A stretch of DNA of 64,000 nucleotides, taken from Octopus sinensis. Taxonomy: Eukaryota. The notes beneath the pieces are model-generated. The model searched no databases, had not been told where the DNA came from, and saw only the letters and a list, made by a program, of their open reading frames with translations. The stretch is from NCBI RefSeq assembly GCF_006345805.1, contig NW_021832383.1, positions 1 through 64,000 on the forward strand, read 5' to 3'. A program made the translations under genes and the position numbers. Of the stretch, positions 1 through 13,794 are shown piece after piece (the first letter of the stretch is position 1; each line of letters begins with the position of its first letter).

Positions 1-145
1 GCTGTGTGTGTGTTTGTGTGTAGGTTACATAAATATTTTATGTATTCAAATAATATATATCATATACAGAACGCATATAATATGTATATAATAGTATATA
101 ATATTATAATATATATACATACATATAATTATATATACATATAAT

Positions 146-232
<87 letters not shown>

Positions 233-397
233 TATATAGATGGACAGATATATATATATATATGAAACATATGTGCGTGTGTATTTGTATGTATTTGTAT
301 AAGTATATATATGTGTGTGTGTGTGCGCGTGTATGTATAAATGTGTGTATATAATATTGTGTGTATGCACGTATGTGCGTGTATATAAATCTGTGTA

Positions 398-433
<36 letters not shown>

Positions 434-720
434 TGTATGTATGTATGTATGTATGTATGTATGTATGCATGTATGTATGTTTGTATGTGTATGTGTTTGT
501 ATATATGTATTTATATATGTATTGCGTATATATATATATATATATATGTATATGTATTATCATCTTATTTTCAATGTCATTGTCTATTTCTAGTAACTAT
601 ATGTGTAAGTGTATGTATATATGTGTGTACATATGTATGCACGTATGTATGTATGAGGATATATGCGTATGTTTCTATGTATGTAGATATTAACATACAT
701 ATATACGTATAACAACTTAT
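1..720. repeat. Compound (TA)n/(TG)n/(TATG)n microsatellite; many similar tracts across the window (e.g. 10755-11065, 18320-18770, 19030-19710, 26470-26940, 49840-50070)
   Basis: Direct inspection. Confidence 0.95.
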
Positions 721-1657
721 TATTAATATCATTTTCTATTTCCAGTGGCTGGGTGTATAAGTGTCTATGTATGTACGTATGTATCTGTGCATAGGTGAGT
801 TTATATTTGCGTATATATACATATATATATATATTAATATATGTATGTATATATATATATATGTATTATGTCCATATACATAAAAGTATTATGACTTATT
901 ACCCATATCGTTTTCTATTTTAAGTCGCCTCGTGTAAAAGCCTCTGCGTGTGTGTGTGTAATTTTAGATAACAGATATTACATAAAGAGATAGCATAATT
1001 CTTATATTTTTATCAATAACCTCAATATCTGTTTGACTCTCGTCAAAAACTATCAAATATGAATGACTTCATTGAATCATGGCTGTACGTTTGTTCAATT
1101 ATTTCTAAATTTCAGTTTATTTTTCACTGCTTCTCTGTTCCCACTTACATTTCTTTCTTTTTTTATCTTTTATTTAACATTCTCTGTCATCGTTTAAAGA
1201 AATAATGTTCTGACAGTTTTAGAAATTTACGATGCTGGGTTATAGTGTTTGATCAAATCACTATGGGTAATGATTAGAATATAGACGTGTACAATTACAT
1301 TTAATACGCCAGTGTACACTCAAACGTGGGAAGATCTTTGCTATAGAAACTGCTTCGGGCAAGAAACTTTTTCTAGACAACGTACGTGAAAACACACCGA
1401 GCTGAGCTATAAATGACGTTATTGGATTATAAGACTAGTTTCTTTGTTGTCTACCAAGTTCATCGTTCATCACTAAGAGCTGTCGATATTATATGTAAAC
1501 AGCAAATAATAAACTTGCTGGTGTATGCAAAGCTTTGTCAAGCTTGAATTTATTAATTAGCGGCTCACTAAGCTGCACTGAATGAATTATGTGAACAGTT
1601 ATATTTAACACGCTTATGTACACTCAAATTTGGAAAGACTTTCGCAGCAGGAACTGG

Positions 1658-2040
1658 GAAGCACTCCGTCGGTTACGACGACGAGGGTTCCGGTTGATCC
1701 GAATCAACGGAACAGCCTGCTCGTGAAATTAACGTGTAAGTGGCTGAGCACTCCACAGATACGTGTACCCCTAACGTAGTTCTCGGGGATATTCAGCGTG
1801 ACACAGGGAGTGACCAGGCCGGCCCTTTGAAATACAGATACAACAAAAACAGGAAGTAAGAGTGAGAGAAAGTTGTGGTGAAAGAGTACAGCCGGGATCA
1901 CCACCATCCCCTGTCGGAGCCTCGTGGAGCTTTAGGTGTTTTCGCTCAATAAACACTCACAACGCCTGGTCTGGGAATCGAAACCGCGATCCTACGACCG
2001 CGAGTCCGCTGCCCTAACCACTGGGCCATTGCGTCTCCAC
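1658..2040 (-). mobile_element. tRNA-derived SINE, family D
   Basis: TGGCCCAGTGG A box and GGTTTCGATTCC B box; near-identical to 29698 and 56330; degenerate TSD. Confidence 0.85.
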
Positions 2041-2470
2041 TATCGCAGCGGGTACTATCACAGGGGAGAAATTTCCCTTATAAACAGTGTTCGAAAAAAT
2101 ACACCAGCGAGTCATGAGTGACATTACTTGTTGCTTAAAGATAAGAAAGACATGAATTAAATTAATATTTGCACATGAAACATCCTTAGTTTAAAATACC
2201 GATATGTACATTTATAATATATACAGGACCATCTTAGCAACATTATAGGTCCCTGAGGGGCAAATCAATGCCCTGAGCTTTATAGTGTTTACTTATTGAC
2301 AGCAAACCTCAATATACATAGATCAGAATTGAACCCCTAAACACGTGACGCTCCCGCGCAACTTCCAAGTGAGCCGATGCTTTAGGACGTCACTGAATGT
2401 AAATATACAAATATAGTGTGGCACTAGCTCAGAGTGCCGGTGACATCCCTTTTCACAGAGTACCGGCGGA

Positions 2471-2516
2471 TCACCAGACACATCGTTTCGACCTGATTTG
2501 ATCCCCTCAGTGATGA
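2471..2516 (-). ncRNA. Minimal type I hammerhead motif (A9G variant)
   Basis: TCATCA-CTGAGGG-GAT(CAAATCAG)GTC-GAAAC-GATGT-GTC-TGGTGA; 6-bp stem I, GUC site. Confidence 0.6.
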
Positions 2517-3496
2517 ATGTCTCAGACATTTACTGATTTGTGCGAAGGTTAGCTAAGCTGTTTCAAGTACTAAAATAGTACTTGAAACAGCTTGAGATTA
2601 AAACAACAGAGTATGTAACATTTATGATGTTTGTCCTAAATGTAGAATGGTTTTAGTTATGATATTTTATCCCAGAGAATCTTCTCCAAGTAAGTGGGGT
2701 ATAGTAATAGTGACAGAACGAGGAAAGGTGTAATAATTGGGTGGTGGGTGTCAGTTTAGAAAGCGAGGGGTAGAGAGGGAGCGATGAGAAGAGGAGAAGG
2801 GAAGTGCTGCAATAATTAGGGCGGTAGGTGTGCTTAGTTATTTAATGGAGAAGAAATATTTTCTTCACAGGGTTCCTACATTCGAGTAATTTTAAATTTC
2901 TTGGAGAGAAGAGACTACAGAAGACTGACGTTTCAGGAATTGACCCATCGACTACGACAGAGAGAGAGGGAGGAAGAGAGAGAGAGGAGAAAAAAAAACA
3001 GAAAGAAAGAAAGAAAGAAAGAAAGGAAAAGACATAGAAAGAAAAACAGAGAGAGAGATGAGGAAACCTTTTTTACAGATGAAAGAACAACTTCGAAACG
3101 TCAAAATTCTACGAAATCACTTATTTCAACTCACAAATCCTGTTGTATAATTGCTTTACCGACGCAGACCACCACCATCACCACCACCGCCGCCGCCACC
3201 ACCATCACCACTTTCCTCGGTCTGCGAGTGTCCTTTATCTCTTTCCCCTCGGGCAGCATCCTTGGCTAATCTTCCTCCTTCATCTTTATGTTCCTCTAAC
3301 CATTGTGGAGCACAGTTTAACTCACCAGTCTACCAGTCTGCGAATGGTGCTTCTTCCTTCTCTTCAAAGATTTAAGTATTTATTTCCAAAAACTGCTCAA
3401 AACCATTCCGTCTTTTGACGTCTCTTACCTCTGGACTCTAACCATTGTTTATTCAGTCCCATTGGTCATCATTCTTTGTTGTTGGGGTGGTTTAAT

Positions 3497-3923
<427 letters not shown>

Positions 3924-4237
3924 TTGTTGTTTCTGTTTGTGGCTGTCGAACTTCAGGAAATTTATTTTCATGTGTCAGAAACTGATTTCACCTGAAAGTA
4001 CATTTGCAGGAGCCAATACGGCAGCGAGAAACGCAACGTCAATCGACCGTGAAAATGTCTCTACGAATTTTACCAATAAAATATTGACGCTTAATGATAT
4101 AACAAAATCGATCACGTTCTACTGGCAGCGATCGCCTGTCCAAGAAATAATGTAACAGCCAGCCATGTTTCGTTTTGCTTCGATCTGGTTTTGTTTTGTT
4201 TTGTTTTTTTTGTTGTTGTTTTTCTCACTGATCTAAT

Positions 4238-4794
<557 letters not shown>

Positions 4795-5139
4795 TATAAA
4801 CAAACCAACATTTGTTTTTTTAAAGCGTCGAAATCTGTATTGTACGATACAGATAAAATGATATATTTTTCGAACGCAGAATCACCGTTAGAAGAGAAGA
4901 AAAACTGGTTAAATCACCCTTATCCCTTGACTGTTTGTTGAAGAATTTCTCCGCTTTGTAAGGGTAATTTACCCAGGATTTCTGCTGTCCTAACGGCAAT
5001 TCTCTATTGGAAAATCTATATATCACCTTATTTGTATCATACAATATACTTATATAAAAGTCAGAAACTTTTCAGCACCCCCTCGTATGTGTGTGTGTGT
5101 GTGTGTGTATAGGAAATTTAAAAAGGAAAATACGCACTC

Positions 5140-5925
5140 TTTACTTAGTTTTAATATAATTTTTAATATATCGACCGGTTTCGCTATCGCTATTCATGAT
5201 GTTATGTTTTACTTATTTGAATATGTATATGAAGAAATTTTGTCCATGTTGTGTGTGACGATATTTACGAGTGACTAACTTCCCAAGTAGAAAAATAATG
5301 GGAGGTAATTGGTTATCGTTATTATTGTTATTTATCGTGGGTAAAGGAGATAACTGTTCAGCTTTCGGTAATGAGAGAGGAATACATATGTACACACAAA
5401 AACAGGTTTCGAAAAACTTGCTTAGTGGGGGGATTTATGTACAGTGATGTAATCGTGAATTGAAATATGTAGAAAGTTGGTTATATGTGCATATTAAGAC
5501 GTGTTCTGTATTTTTCAATGAAAAAAGTTTCTTTATTTAAACGTTCTTGTGGAGAGATTGTATATTTGCACTGGTAGAAGGGGAAGACTGTGAAATTTGG
5601 TTTGATGCTATCTGCACATTTTTCTATATGTTTACTGAGAGGAATTTGTCTGTATTGCGGGAAACAGATTTGCTCTTCGTGTAGAGTGGTTCTCTTTCTC
5701 AAAGTCATACCCGTCTGTCCAATATAGTTGTATCCGCAACCCGAGCAGGTTATTACATAAATTAGGTTCTCAGAGGCACAAGTGAAACTAGTTTTAATTG
5801 TGAACCTCTGTCCTTATTCAAGCAGATTGGGGCAGGTTCCACGGTTTGGGCGTCCACATTTTTCAATCGTTGGTTTCGTGGTTGTTTTGTAAAGCTTCGC
5901 ATTTGTTAGTAGTCGCATTTGTTTG
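5140..5925 (-). pseudogene. Penelope-like element 3' remnant: GIY-YIG endonuclease (5481-5925) plus 3' terminus
   Basis: RLLTNAKLY...KCGRPN...FTCASENLIYVITCSGCGYNYIGQTGMTLRKR...ERLNKETFFIEKY; one in-frame stop; hammerhead remnant downstream. Confidence 0.88.
5168..5202 (-). ncRNA. Decayed minimal hammerhead at the 3' end of the Penelope remnant
   Basis: ACATC-ATGAATA-GC(GATA)GC-GAAAC-CG-GTC-GATAT; palindromic ACCGGT stem III, CTG of the core missing. Confidence 0.45.
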
Positions 5926-5990
5926 TAGTTTCTTTATGTATATAAATAAATACAAAAATAATTATATATATATATATATACATACATACA

Positions 5991-6051
<61 letters not shown>

Positions 6052-6206
6052 AACCTTTACATAAATAAATAACATGAAATACACGAAGGGACGAACAAAA
6101 AGACAAACGGGTCATTCAAAGCCTTCATTCTTCAGTCAGAAACTGATCCCTCATCGCAGATTTCGGCTGTTTAATTCTGAGATCTGCTCTGATATATATA
6201 TATATA

Positions 6207-6376
6207 TGACGGACTTCTTTCAGCTTCCGTCTATCGAATCTACTCACAAGGCTTTGGTCGGTTCGAGGCCATTGTAGAAGGACACTTGCCCAAGGTTTCG
6301 CGCAGTTGGACTGAACCTGGAACCATGTGGTTGTGAAGCAAGCTTTTTTTTTTTACCACACAACCGCCCCTGCCTC
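6207..6376 (-). mobile_element. Family A SINE, 5' half
   Basis: Sequence match to other copies. Confidence 0.75.
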
Positions 6377-7065
6377 TATGGTTGACATTTTTAAAAGTTC
6401 GTTGCATTACATGGTTAACACTGATTTAACTATTCGTTTTAAGCTTTGGCCTGATGACCTTTATCAATTTTTTTACTCGTAAATGTCACGATAATTGAAG
6501 AAATGTAACTCCGGAAAAAGCTAATAAAATAACGGGTTATATGAAAGAGGTTAACTGCAGATTTCTGGGCAAATTTCGGTGATGAATCGCAGATGACAGT
6601 GACGGGGGTGGTTTTTGGCCGTAGTTTGAACATTACTTTTGAGCAAGACTAATTATTTTTCAAACCGTAGTATTCAATCTATTTCGTTACTTGCGGCTAA
6701 TAATATTCCATCTTTGTCGATTGATTGTCGCTCGGACAAACAACTGCCATCGACAGATATATGGAATCGAGAAGCACAGCTGGAATTTACAGAACAGTGT
6801 TGCTTTAGAGATAGAAATAATAGGAAATAGTACACAATTCATTTGCTTTAGGAATGTGGCTATAATTATTGTGTAGAGGTGTGTATATATGTGTGTATGT
6901 ATATAATATATGAATGTATGTATATGTATGTGTGCGAGCGTGCGTATGTATGTGTAAGTGCATATTATGTAAGAATGAAAGTATATATACAAACATATGT
7001 GCATGTGTTTATACATATATATATACATGTGTGTATGCATGTGTATCATACATACATATATATAC

Positions 7066-7136
<71 letters not shown>

Positions 7137-7227
7137 CATATAAACATAAATATACAAACATGCATACATATATATATATATGTACACACATACATTTACA
7201 TGTGTGTGTAAGTATATGTGCATATAT

Positions 7228-7636
7228 TCTTTTATTCTTTTACTTGTTTCAGTCATTTGACTGCGGCCATGCTAGAGCACCGCCTTTAGTCGAAGAAATC
7301 GGCATCTAGTAAGCCCAATACTTATTCTGAGCCTAATTCTTATTCCATCGGAAATCTTTTTGTCGAACCGCTAACTTACGGGGACGTAAACACACCAACA
7401 TCGGTTGTGAAGCAATGGTGGGGGTGGGGGACAAAGACAGACACACAAATAGATCCATGTGTATACATATATACGACAGGCTTCTTTCAGTTTCCGTCTT
7501 CCAAATCCATTCACAAGGCTTTGGTCGGCCCGAGGCTATAGTAGAAGACACTTGCCCAAGGTGCCACGCAGTGGGACTGAATCCGGAACCATGTGGTTGG
7601 TAAGCAAGCTTCTTACCACACAGCCACGCCTGCGCT
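7228..7636 (-). mobile_element. Family A SINE
   Basis: Complete two-part structure. Confidence 0.85.
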
Positions 7637-7643
7637 TATACAC

Positions 7644-7711
<68 letters not shown>

Positions 7712-7715
7712 CTAT

Positions 7716-7747
<32 letters not shown>

Positions 7748-7793
7748 AAAAAAAAAAAATATATATATATATATATACAAACATGCAAACGTT

Positions 7794-8034
7794 GGGTGCA
7801 AAAGTAGGTATACAGTATCACATCAATGTTGAAGTACTCAATTCATTAAAATTATTAACAAATTAAATTAGTTAGGCTCATTTTTGATATTTTCAGTGTC
7901 ATTAATCATAATCATGCATTTATCATAACTATAATAATATTTTTATCTTAACTTTCAATGTTTTTTATGAAAATAAATGAGTATTGTACGTGTTTTCTTT
8001 TTTATAACTGTATACCAACTTTTGCACCACCCTA
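7794..8034. mobile_element. Tc1/mariner-like MITE
   Basis: Imperfect TIRs GGTGCAAAAGTAGGTATACAGT/ACTGTATACCAACTTTTGCACC. Confidence 0.65.
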
Positions 8035-8424
8035 TGTGTGAGTGTGTGTGTGTGTGTGTGTAAATGTATGGTGTGTATGTGTGTGCATAACTAAATTTGA
8101 TTGATAGATATACATGTCTGTGTGTGTTGTCTCTGTCTTTACGAAGGCGTGTATGTATGTAAATAAAGAGTGTGTGTGAATAATGTGTGTGCGATTGGAA
8201 TTGTATATGTAGCATTGTTTGAGACGATCAGCGATCAAAGATCAAACTCATTCTTTCCACCCCCGTCCAACCCCCACCGCTCTGAATATGAATAGTTCTC
8301 TCCCTTTGACACTTTTGAAAGTAAATTTCATTAACACTCTTCAATTGTTTATCTGATTATAATTTTAAAACATTAGATTGATTAGATACTGGTCTCAAAG
8401 TCTGTCACGAGGCAATTTCGGGTG

Positions 8425-8772
8425 AGGTAGTAAGTCGATTACATCGACCCCAATACTCATCTGGTACTTATTTTATCGACCATGAAAGGCAAAGTCGACC
8501 TCGGTGGAATTTGAACTCAGAGCATAAAGGCAGATGAAATACCTATTTCTTTACTATCCACAAGGGGCAAAACACAGAGAGGACGAACAAGGACAGACAA
8601 ACGGATTAAGTCGATTATATCGACACCAGTGCGTATCTGGTACTTATTTTATCAACCCCTAAAGGATGAAAGGCAAAGTCGACCTCGGCGGAATTTGAAC
8701 TCAGAACATAAAGACAGACGAAATACTGCTAAGCATTTCGCCCGTCGTGCAAACGATTCCGTCGGCTCGCTG
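8425..8772 (-). mobile_element. Family B SINE with reiterated 3' part
   Basis: GGCAGAAACGTTAGCAC-type head; GCCTTTCATCCTTTCGGGGTCGATAAA-type central box (resembles a widespread metazoan SINE central domain, from memory). Confidence 0.8.
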
Positions 8773-9176
8773 TCCTAACTTTAGTTGTTATGAATGACTT
8801 AATAGCTATCGTAATGGTTGCGTCATATTTGGTTTTGAAATCAGTTTAGAAATAAAATATTATTTATAGCGTTTCTGTTACTCGTAATTTTACTCAACGA
8901 ACTTAAATCTAGCTTTTGGTTGTTATTAGTACCTTACTAAACTTAAATCTTGCAGTCATGACTAAGAACTTTACTCACTAAAGTTAAATCTAGATTTTGC
9001 TAACAATAGCAGGAGTGGCTCTGTGGTAAGAAGCTTGCTACCCAACCACATGGTTCCGGGTCGTCTACCATAGCCTCGGGCCGACCAAAGTCTTGCGAGT
9101 GGATTTGGCAGACGGAAACTGAAAGAAGCCCGTCGTGTGTGTGTGTGCGTGTGTGTGCGTATGTGTGTGTGTGTGG

Positions 9177-9207
<31 letters not shown>

Positions 9208-9313
9208 TGTGTTGTGTGTGTCTGTGTGTCTATCGTACTGGGTTCAAGTAATCGAGTGGCCCACTCCCCAAATATTTTGGGCCTTGTGCTCAGAGTAGTA
9301 AAGAATATAATGA

Positions 9314-9540
9314 AAGTGGCGAGCTGGCAGAAACGTTAGCACGCCGGGCGAAATGCTTAGCAGTATTTCGTCTGCCGCTACGTTCTAAGTTCAAATTCCG
9401 CCGAGGTCAACTTTGCCTTTCATCATTTCGGGGTCGATTAAAAAGTACCACTTACGCACTGGGGTCGATATAATCGACTTAAACCGTTTGTCTGTCTTTG
9501 TTTGTCCTCTTTGTGTTTAGCTCCTTGTGGGCAATAAAAA
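9314..9540 (+). mobile_element. Family B SINE
   Basis: Full-length match. Confidence 0.85.
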
Positions 9541-9544
9541 GGGT

Positions 9545-9888
9545 AAAAACCCCCTTCGGTCATGAGTGACCATGGGTTTGCACCTAGAGAGCTACCCTCT
9601 GAGGCACAAGTCTGGGCAAGGTTGTTTTTTTTTTTTAATTTTTTTATGGAAGGCCAGTAGTCGCCCATGCATACCGGCCTCCCCTCTCCACGCCACCAGT
9701 GTTATCCAAGGGAAAGACAAAGGTCGGTACAGCTTGGCACCTGTGACGTCGCAACTCATTTCTACAGCTGAGTGAACTGGAGCAACGTGAAATAAATTGT
9801 CTTGCTCAAGAACACAACACGCAGCCCGGTCCGGGATTCGAGCTCACAACCTCACGATCGTATGCTCGACGCTCTAACCACTGAGCCA
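9545..9888 (-). mobile_element. tRNA-derived SINE, family D-related
   Basis: TGGCTCAGTGG head and TGTGTTCTTGAGCAAGAC central box; relatives at 36585-36905 and 55848-56085. Confidence 0.75.
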
Positions 9889-10881
9889 TAATAAAGAAAT
9901 TGAAATAGGTATTTTTATATTGATCACCCGAAGGAATGAAAACCCAAGTTGACCTGGGTAGAATTTGAACTCAGAGCGTAGAGCTCCAGTGCAACTACAG
10001 CGATGTAATTATTGTCCAAAGCTCTAACGACTTGGCTAATTTGCCGCTTGAGCAACCAGAAATTACAAAAATTTGTACAAAGCCTCTGAGTATAAACTCG
10101 ACACCGGAGCATTATATAAAAGCCAAAGTGTTTTATTGTGATTATTTCCTAAACTTCAAAAACTCAGCACAGAGATAATAATATAAGTTAATTGTGACCG
10201 TAAATTTTGAAAGCCCGGCTTGCTATGTACAATTGATGACATTCTCACTGAATCGAGACATCAACTAAATTATATATTATTATTCTCTAATTCCAGTTAT
10301 TTCCTAATGGCGTTCTTTTTAATATCAGTTGGCTTTCACCGCCGGGAGGAGACATTTTGTTTTTTTTTTATGCATACCGTTTTATGTTTTATGTAACAAT
10401 GCGATATCGTTTCGCTTCACTAATTTCGTATTTTATTTTTATTTTTATCATCGCTCGTATTTTAAACCACGCTCGAAAATTAGTATTGTGTATAAAGTTT
10501 CTTATTTAAGTTTCACTCTTTGTTATGTTTTTTTTGTTTTTTTTTGTTTTTTTTTTTTTTTTTTTGCTTTCTGCTGTGTTTTACAAAGTGGAGAGAACTT
10601 TACTCCCGACGTTATAACCTTTCTAATGTTTTATTTATCAGTTGGGATGCCGGGACACAGCCACCGAGAGACTTTCGTTGATAATATCAACCTTATGCAA
10701 CACCGGTTTTACACCGGTAAACATAATCGCAGACACCGGTATGGACACAGACTGACATACATACATACATACATACATACATACATACATACATACATAC
10801 ATACATACATACATACATTTATATATATATGCATACATACATGCATACATACATCATACATACATACTAACGTACATACTA

Positions 10882-10912
<31 letters not shown>

Positions 10913-11068
10913 CATACATACATATATACATACATACATACTAACATACATACTAACATACATACATACATACATACATACATGCATACATACATACATA
11001 CATACATACATACATACATACATACATACATACATACATACTAACATACATACATACATACATACATA

Positions 11069-11360
11069 TGTGACATCGACTTCACTAACTGGGAGGAAAC
11101 GGCAAAAAACAGACCACTCTGGAAAACCACCATCCACGAGGGAACGGCGACTTTCGAGTCGAAAAGGTCTGCAGAACTGGAGGAGAAAAGACGACGATGG
11201 AAGGAGCGCCAACAACAACCACGTGCGACTCTCCTTTCCGGCACTAGATGTCCGCACTGCGACCGATCTTTTCAAGCAAGAATTGGTCTTATCGGTCACC
11301 TACGGACTCATCAGTAAATTTGCGCTAAGACCATCATCCTCGACCTTGAGGGATTGCCAT
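11069..11360 (+). mobile_element. 5'-truncated RTE-clade LINE 3' end with C2H2 finger
   Basis: 11069-11317 reads CDIDFTNWEETAKNRPLWK...CPHCDRSFQARIGLIGHLRTHQ*; short 3' UTR; embedded in (ACAT)n. Confidence 0.8.
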
Positions 11361-11399
11361 CAATCAAAATCACATACATACATACATACATACATACAT

Positions 11400-11433
<34 letters not shown>

Positions 11434-11455
11434 GCACACATACATACATACTAAC

Positions 11456-11497
<42 letters not shown>

Positions 11498-11521
11498 GCA
11501 CATACACATTATATATATGTT

Positions 11522-11932
11522 TAGGTGTAGGAGTGGTTGTGTGGTAAGTAGCTTGCTTATCAACCACATGATTCCAGGTTCAGTCCCACTGCGTGGCACC
11601 TTGGCCAAGTGTCTTCTACTATAGCCTCGGGCCGACCAAAGCCTTGTGAGTGGATTTGGTAGACGGAAACTGAAAGAAGCCCGTCGTATATATGTATATA
11701 TATATGTATGTATGTGTGTGTGTGTGTGTATGTTTGTGTGCCTGTGTTTGTCCTCCCAACATCGCTTGACAACCGATGCTGGTGTGTTCACGTCCCCGTA
11801 ACTTAGCGGTTCGGCAAAAGAGAACGATAGAATAAGAACTAGGCTTACAAAGAATAAGTCCTGGGTCGATTTGCTCGACTAAAGGCGGTGCTCCAGCATG
11901 GCCACAGTCAAATGACTGAAACAAGTAAAGAG
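11522..11932 (+). mobile_element. Family A SINE
   Basis: Complete two-part structure. Confidence 0.88.
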
Positions 11933-12005
11933 TATATATACACACACACACATATCTATACATACACGAACATATATACATATACGTGTGTGTGCACGTA
12001 CGTAT

Positions 12006-12036
<31 letters not shown>

Positions 12037-13430
12037 ATATATACGATGTATGTGTGTATTTATATGTACATATGTGCACACGATGAGTTTCGGTGAACCC
12101 GAGGCGATAGGTAAGTTGCCTGAGGTGTTGCGATATTTAAACCAGAATAACATGGTTACAAAACGAACTTGTGAACCACACCATTTTTAACGACAAATGT
12201 ATATTTTTTATTAATTCGTCTTAATCTTAATTCTATTTTTCTCGTTTATCATTTCATTTCTGTAAGATAAAGTTTGTAAAACCTTTTCCATTATTCTCTC
12301 ACACCGTTTTGTCTCATTCCCTTTTCCGTATTTGTATTCTAACTCACACACGTTTCTCAAATTCTATCAGCTCTCATCCATTATAATTTATTTGCTTCGT
12401 ATTTTTTCTCTTTCGGTTTAATCATAAGTATTTGTGCTATATCTCTTCACAATTTAACTTTAACTGAGCTTAAGCTTAATACATTATACCTATACCTGTT
12501 GGAAATCATAGGAATATTCTCAGAGATAGCAACAATAATGGATTATATATCATTGTTCAATCATTCCAACAGAAAACAAACCTCTTCCGATCTTACTGGT
12601 ACAATAATACAAGAGTAGTTAGGCTGGTGTGTTTTTTGAAATAGAACTATTATTCAAGCATAGTATACAACAGATCTATCTTACCTAATGGTGTGAGGCG
12701 GCGAAATGGCAGAACCGTTAACATGCCGGGAAAAATATTTATCGTCCGTCTCTATATTATAAGTTCAAATTACGCCGAGGTCGATTTTGCTTATCGTCCA
12801 TTTCTGGATCGATAAAATAAGTGCCAGTTAAGCACTGAGGTTGATGTAGCCGATGTTGCCTTGCGCCAAAATTTGAAGATAATTTGCATAACGGCGTTTG
12901 GAAATTGTATAGGTTCGTATTTTACAATGTTAATTGGATAACTTTTTTTGTTGCAGGAAATTTGTTACAAAAATTGCCCTGACAGAAAGAAGTGCAACAG
13001 CAGGGGAGCCTAAAAACGCATAAGAAATGGGCCTTAAGCAAATCTTTTTGCACAGCTGTTGTCTTGTTATGGCTGTTAAAATGCATCAAACCAAGTTTCC
13101 TGCAGTCAGTTTAAACATTCACACTTGATTTTTCTCGTGATTAACTGGACGAGGACGGCACAAAGTTATGTATTGAGGATAATCTGCGTATGATAATCAA
13201 TTACTTTTTCGCATTCACTAGAAATAGTTCTAGAGACGGAAATACAGCTGTGTGGTTCGAAATTTTGTTTTTGCAACCTCCTTGCTGATCCAGGTTCAAT
13301 TCACTCGTGCGTCACCTTCGACAAGTCTTTTATTTTCTTAACTTGCAGTTGATGCATACCTTGTGAACAGAATTTGGTAGGCGAAAACTTTGCAGAAACC
13401 CGTCGTGCACACATACACACACATATATTT

Positions 13431-13610
13431 ATTTATTTATTGCACACAGGGAGCTAAACATAGAGGGGACAAACAAGGACAGGCAAAGGAATTAAGTCGA
13501 TTACATCGACCCCGAAAGGATGAAAGGCAAAGTCGACTTCGGCAGAATCTGAACTCGAAACGTAACGGCAGGCGAAATACCGGGATCCTAACGATTCTGC
13601 CAGCTTGCCG

Positions 13611-13612
<2 letters not shown>
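13431..13612 (-). mobile_element. Family B SINE with internal deletion
   Basis: Sequence match to other copies. Confidence 0.75.
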
Positions 13613-13674
<62 letters not shown>

Positions 13675-13745
13675 TGTGTGTATATATATATGTATATGTA
13701 TACTTGTGCGTATATGGGCGTATATATATATGTACGCTTGTGCGA

Positions 13746-13794
<49 letters not shown>

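Noticed and set aside
46-712. Many 60-200 aa ORFs rich in YI, CV, HT and MYVC (here and throughout the window)
   Set aside because: They are translations of stop-free di- and tetranucleotide microsatellites
3937-4155. Possible plus-strand exon (…RNATSIDRENVSTNFTNK…)
   Set aside because: No recognisable domain and no partner exons could be chained
11290-11314. CTGATGAG on the minus strand
   Set aside because: Lies in RTE coding sequence; no GAAA or stems
10329-11624. 431-aa ORF
   Set aside because: Chance read-through of a T-rich tract, (ACAT)n and an out-of-frame RTE fragment; the real coding frame is 11069-11317
12957-13023. Good acceptor followed by a short frame KFVTKIALTERSATAGEPKNA*
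   Set aside because: No upstream exons or homology identified
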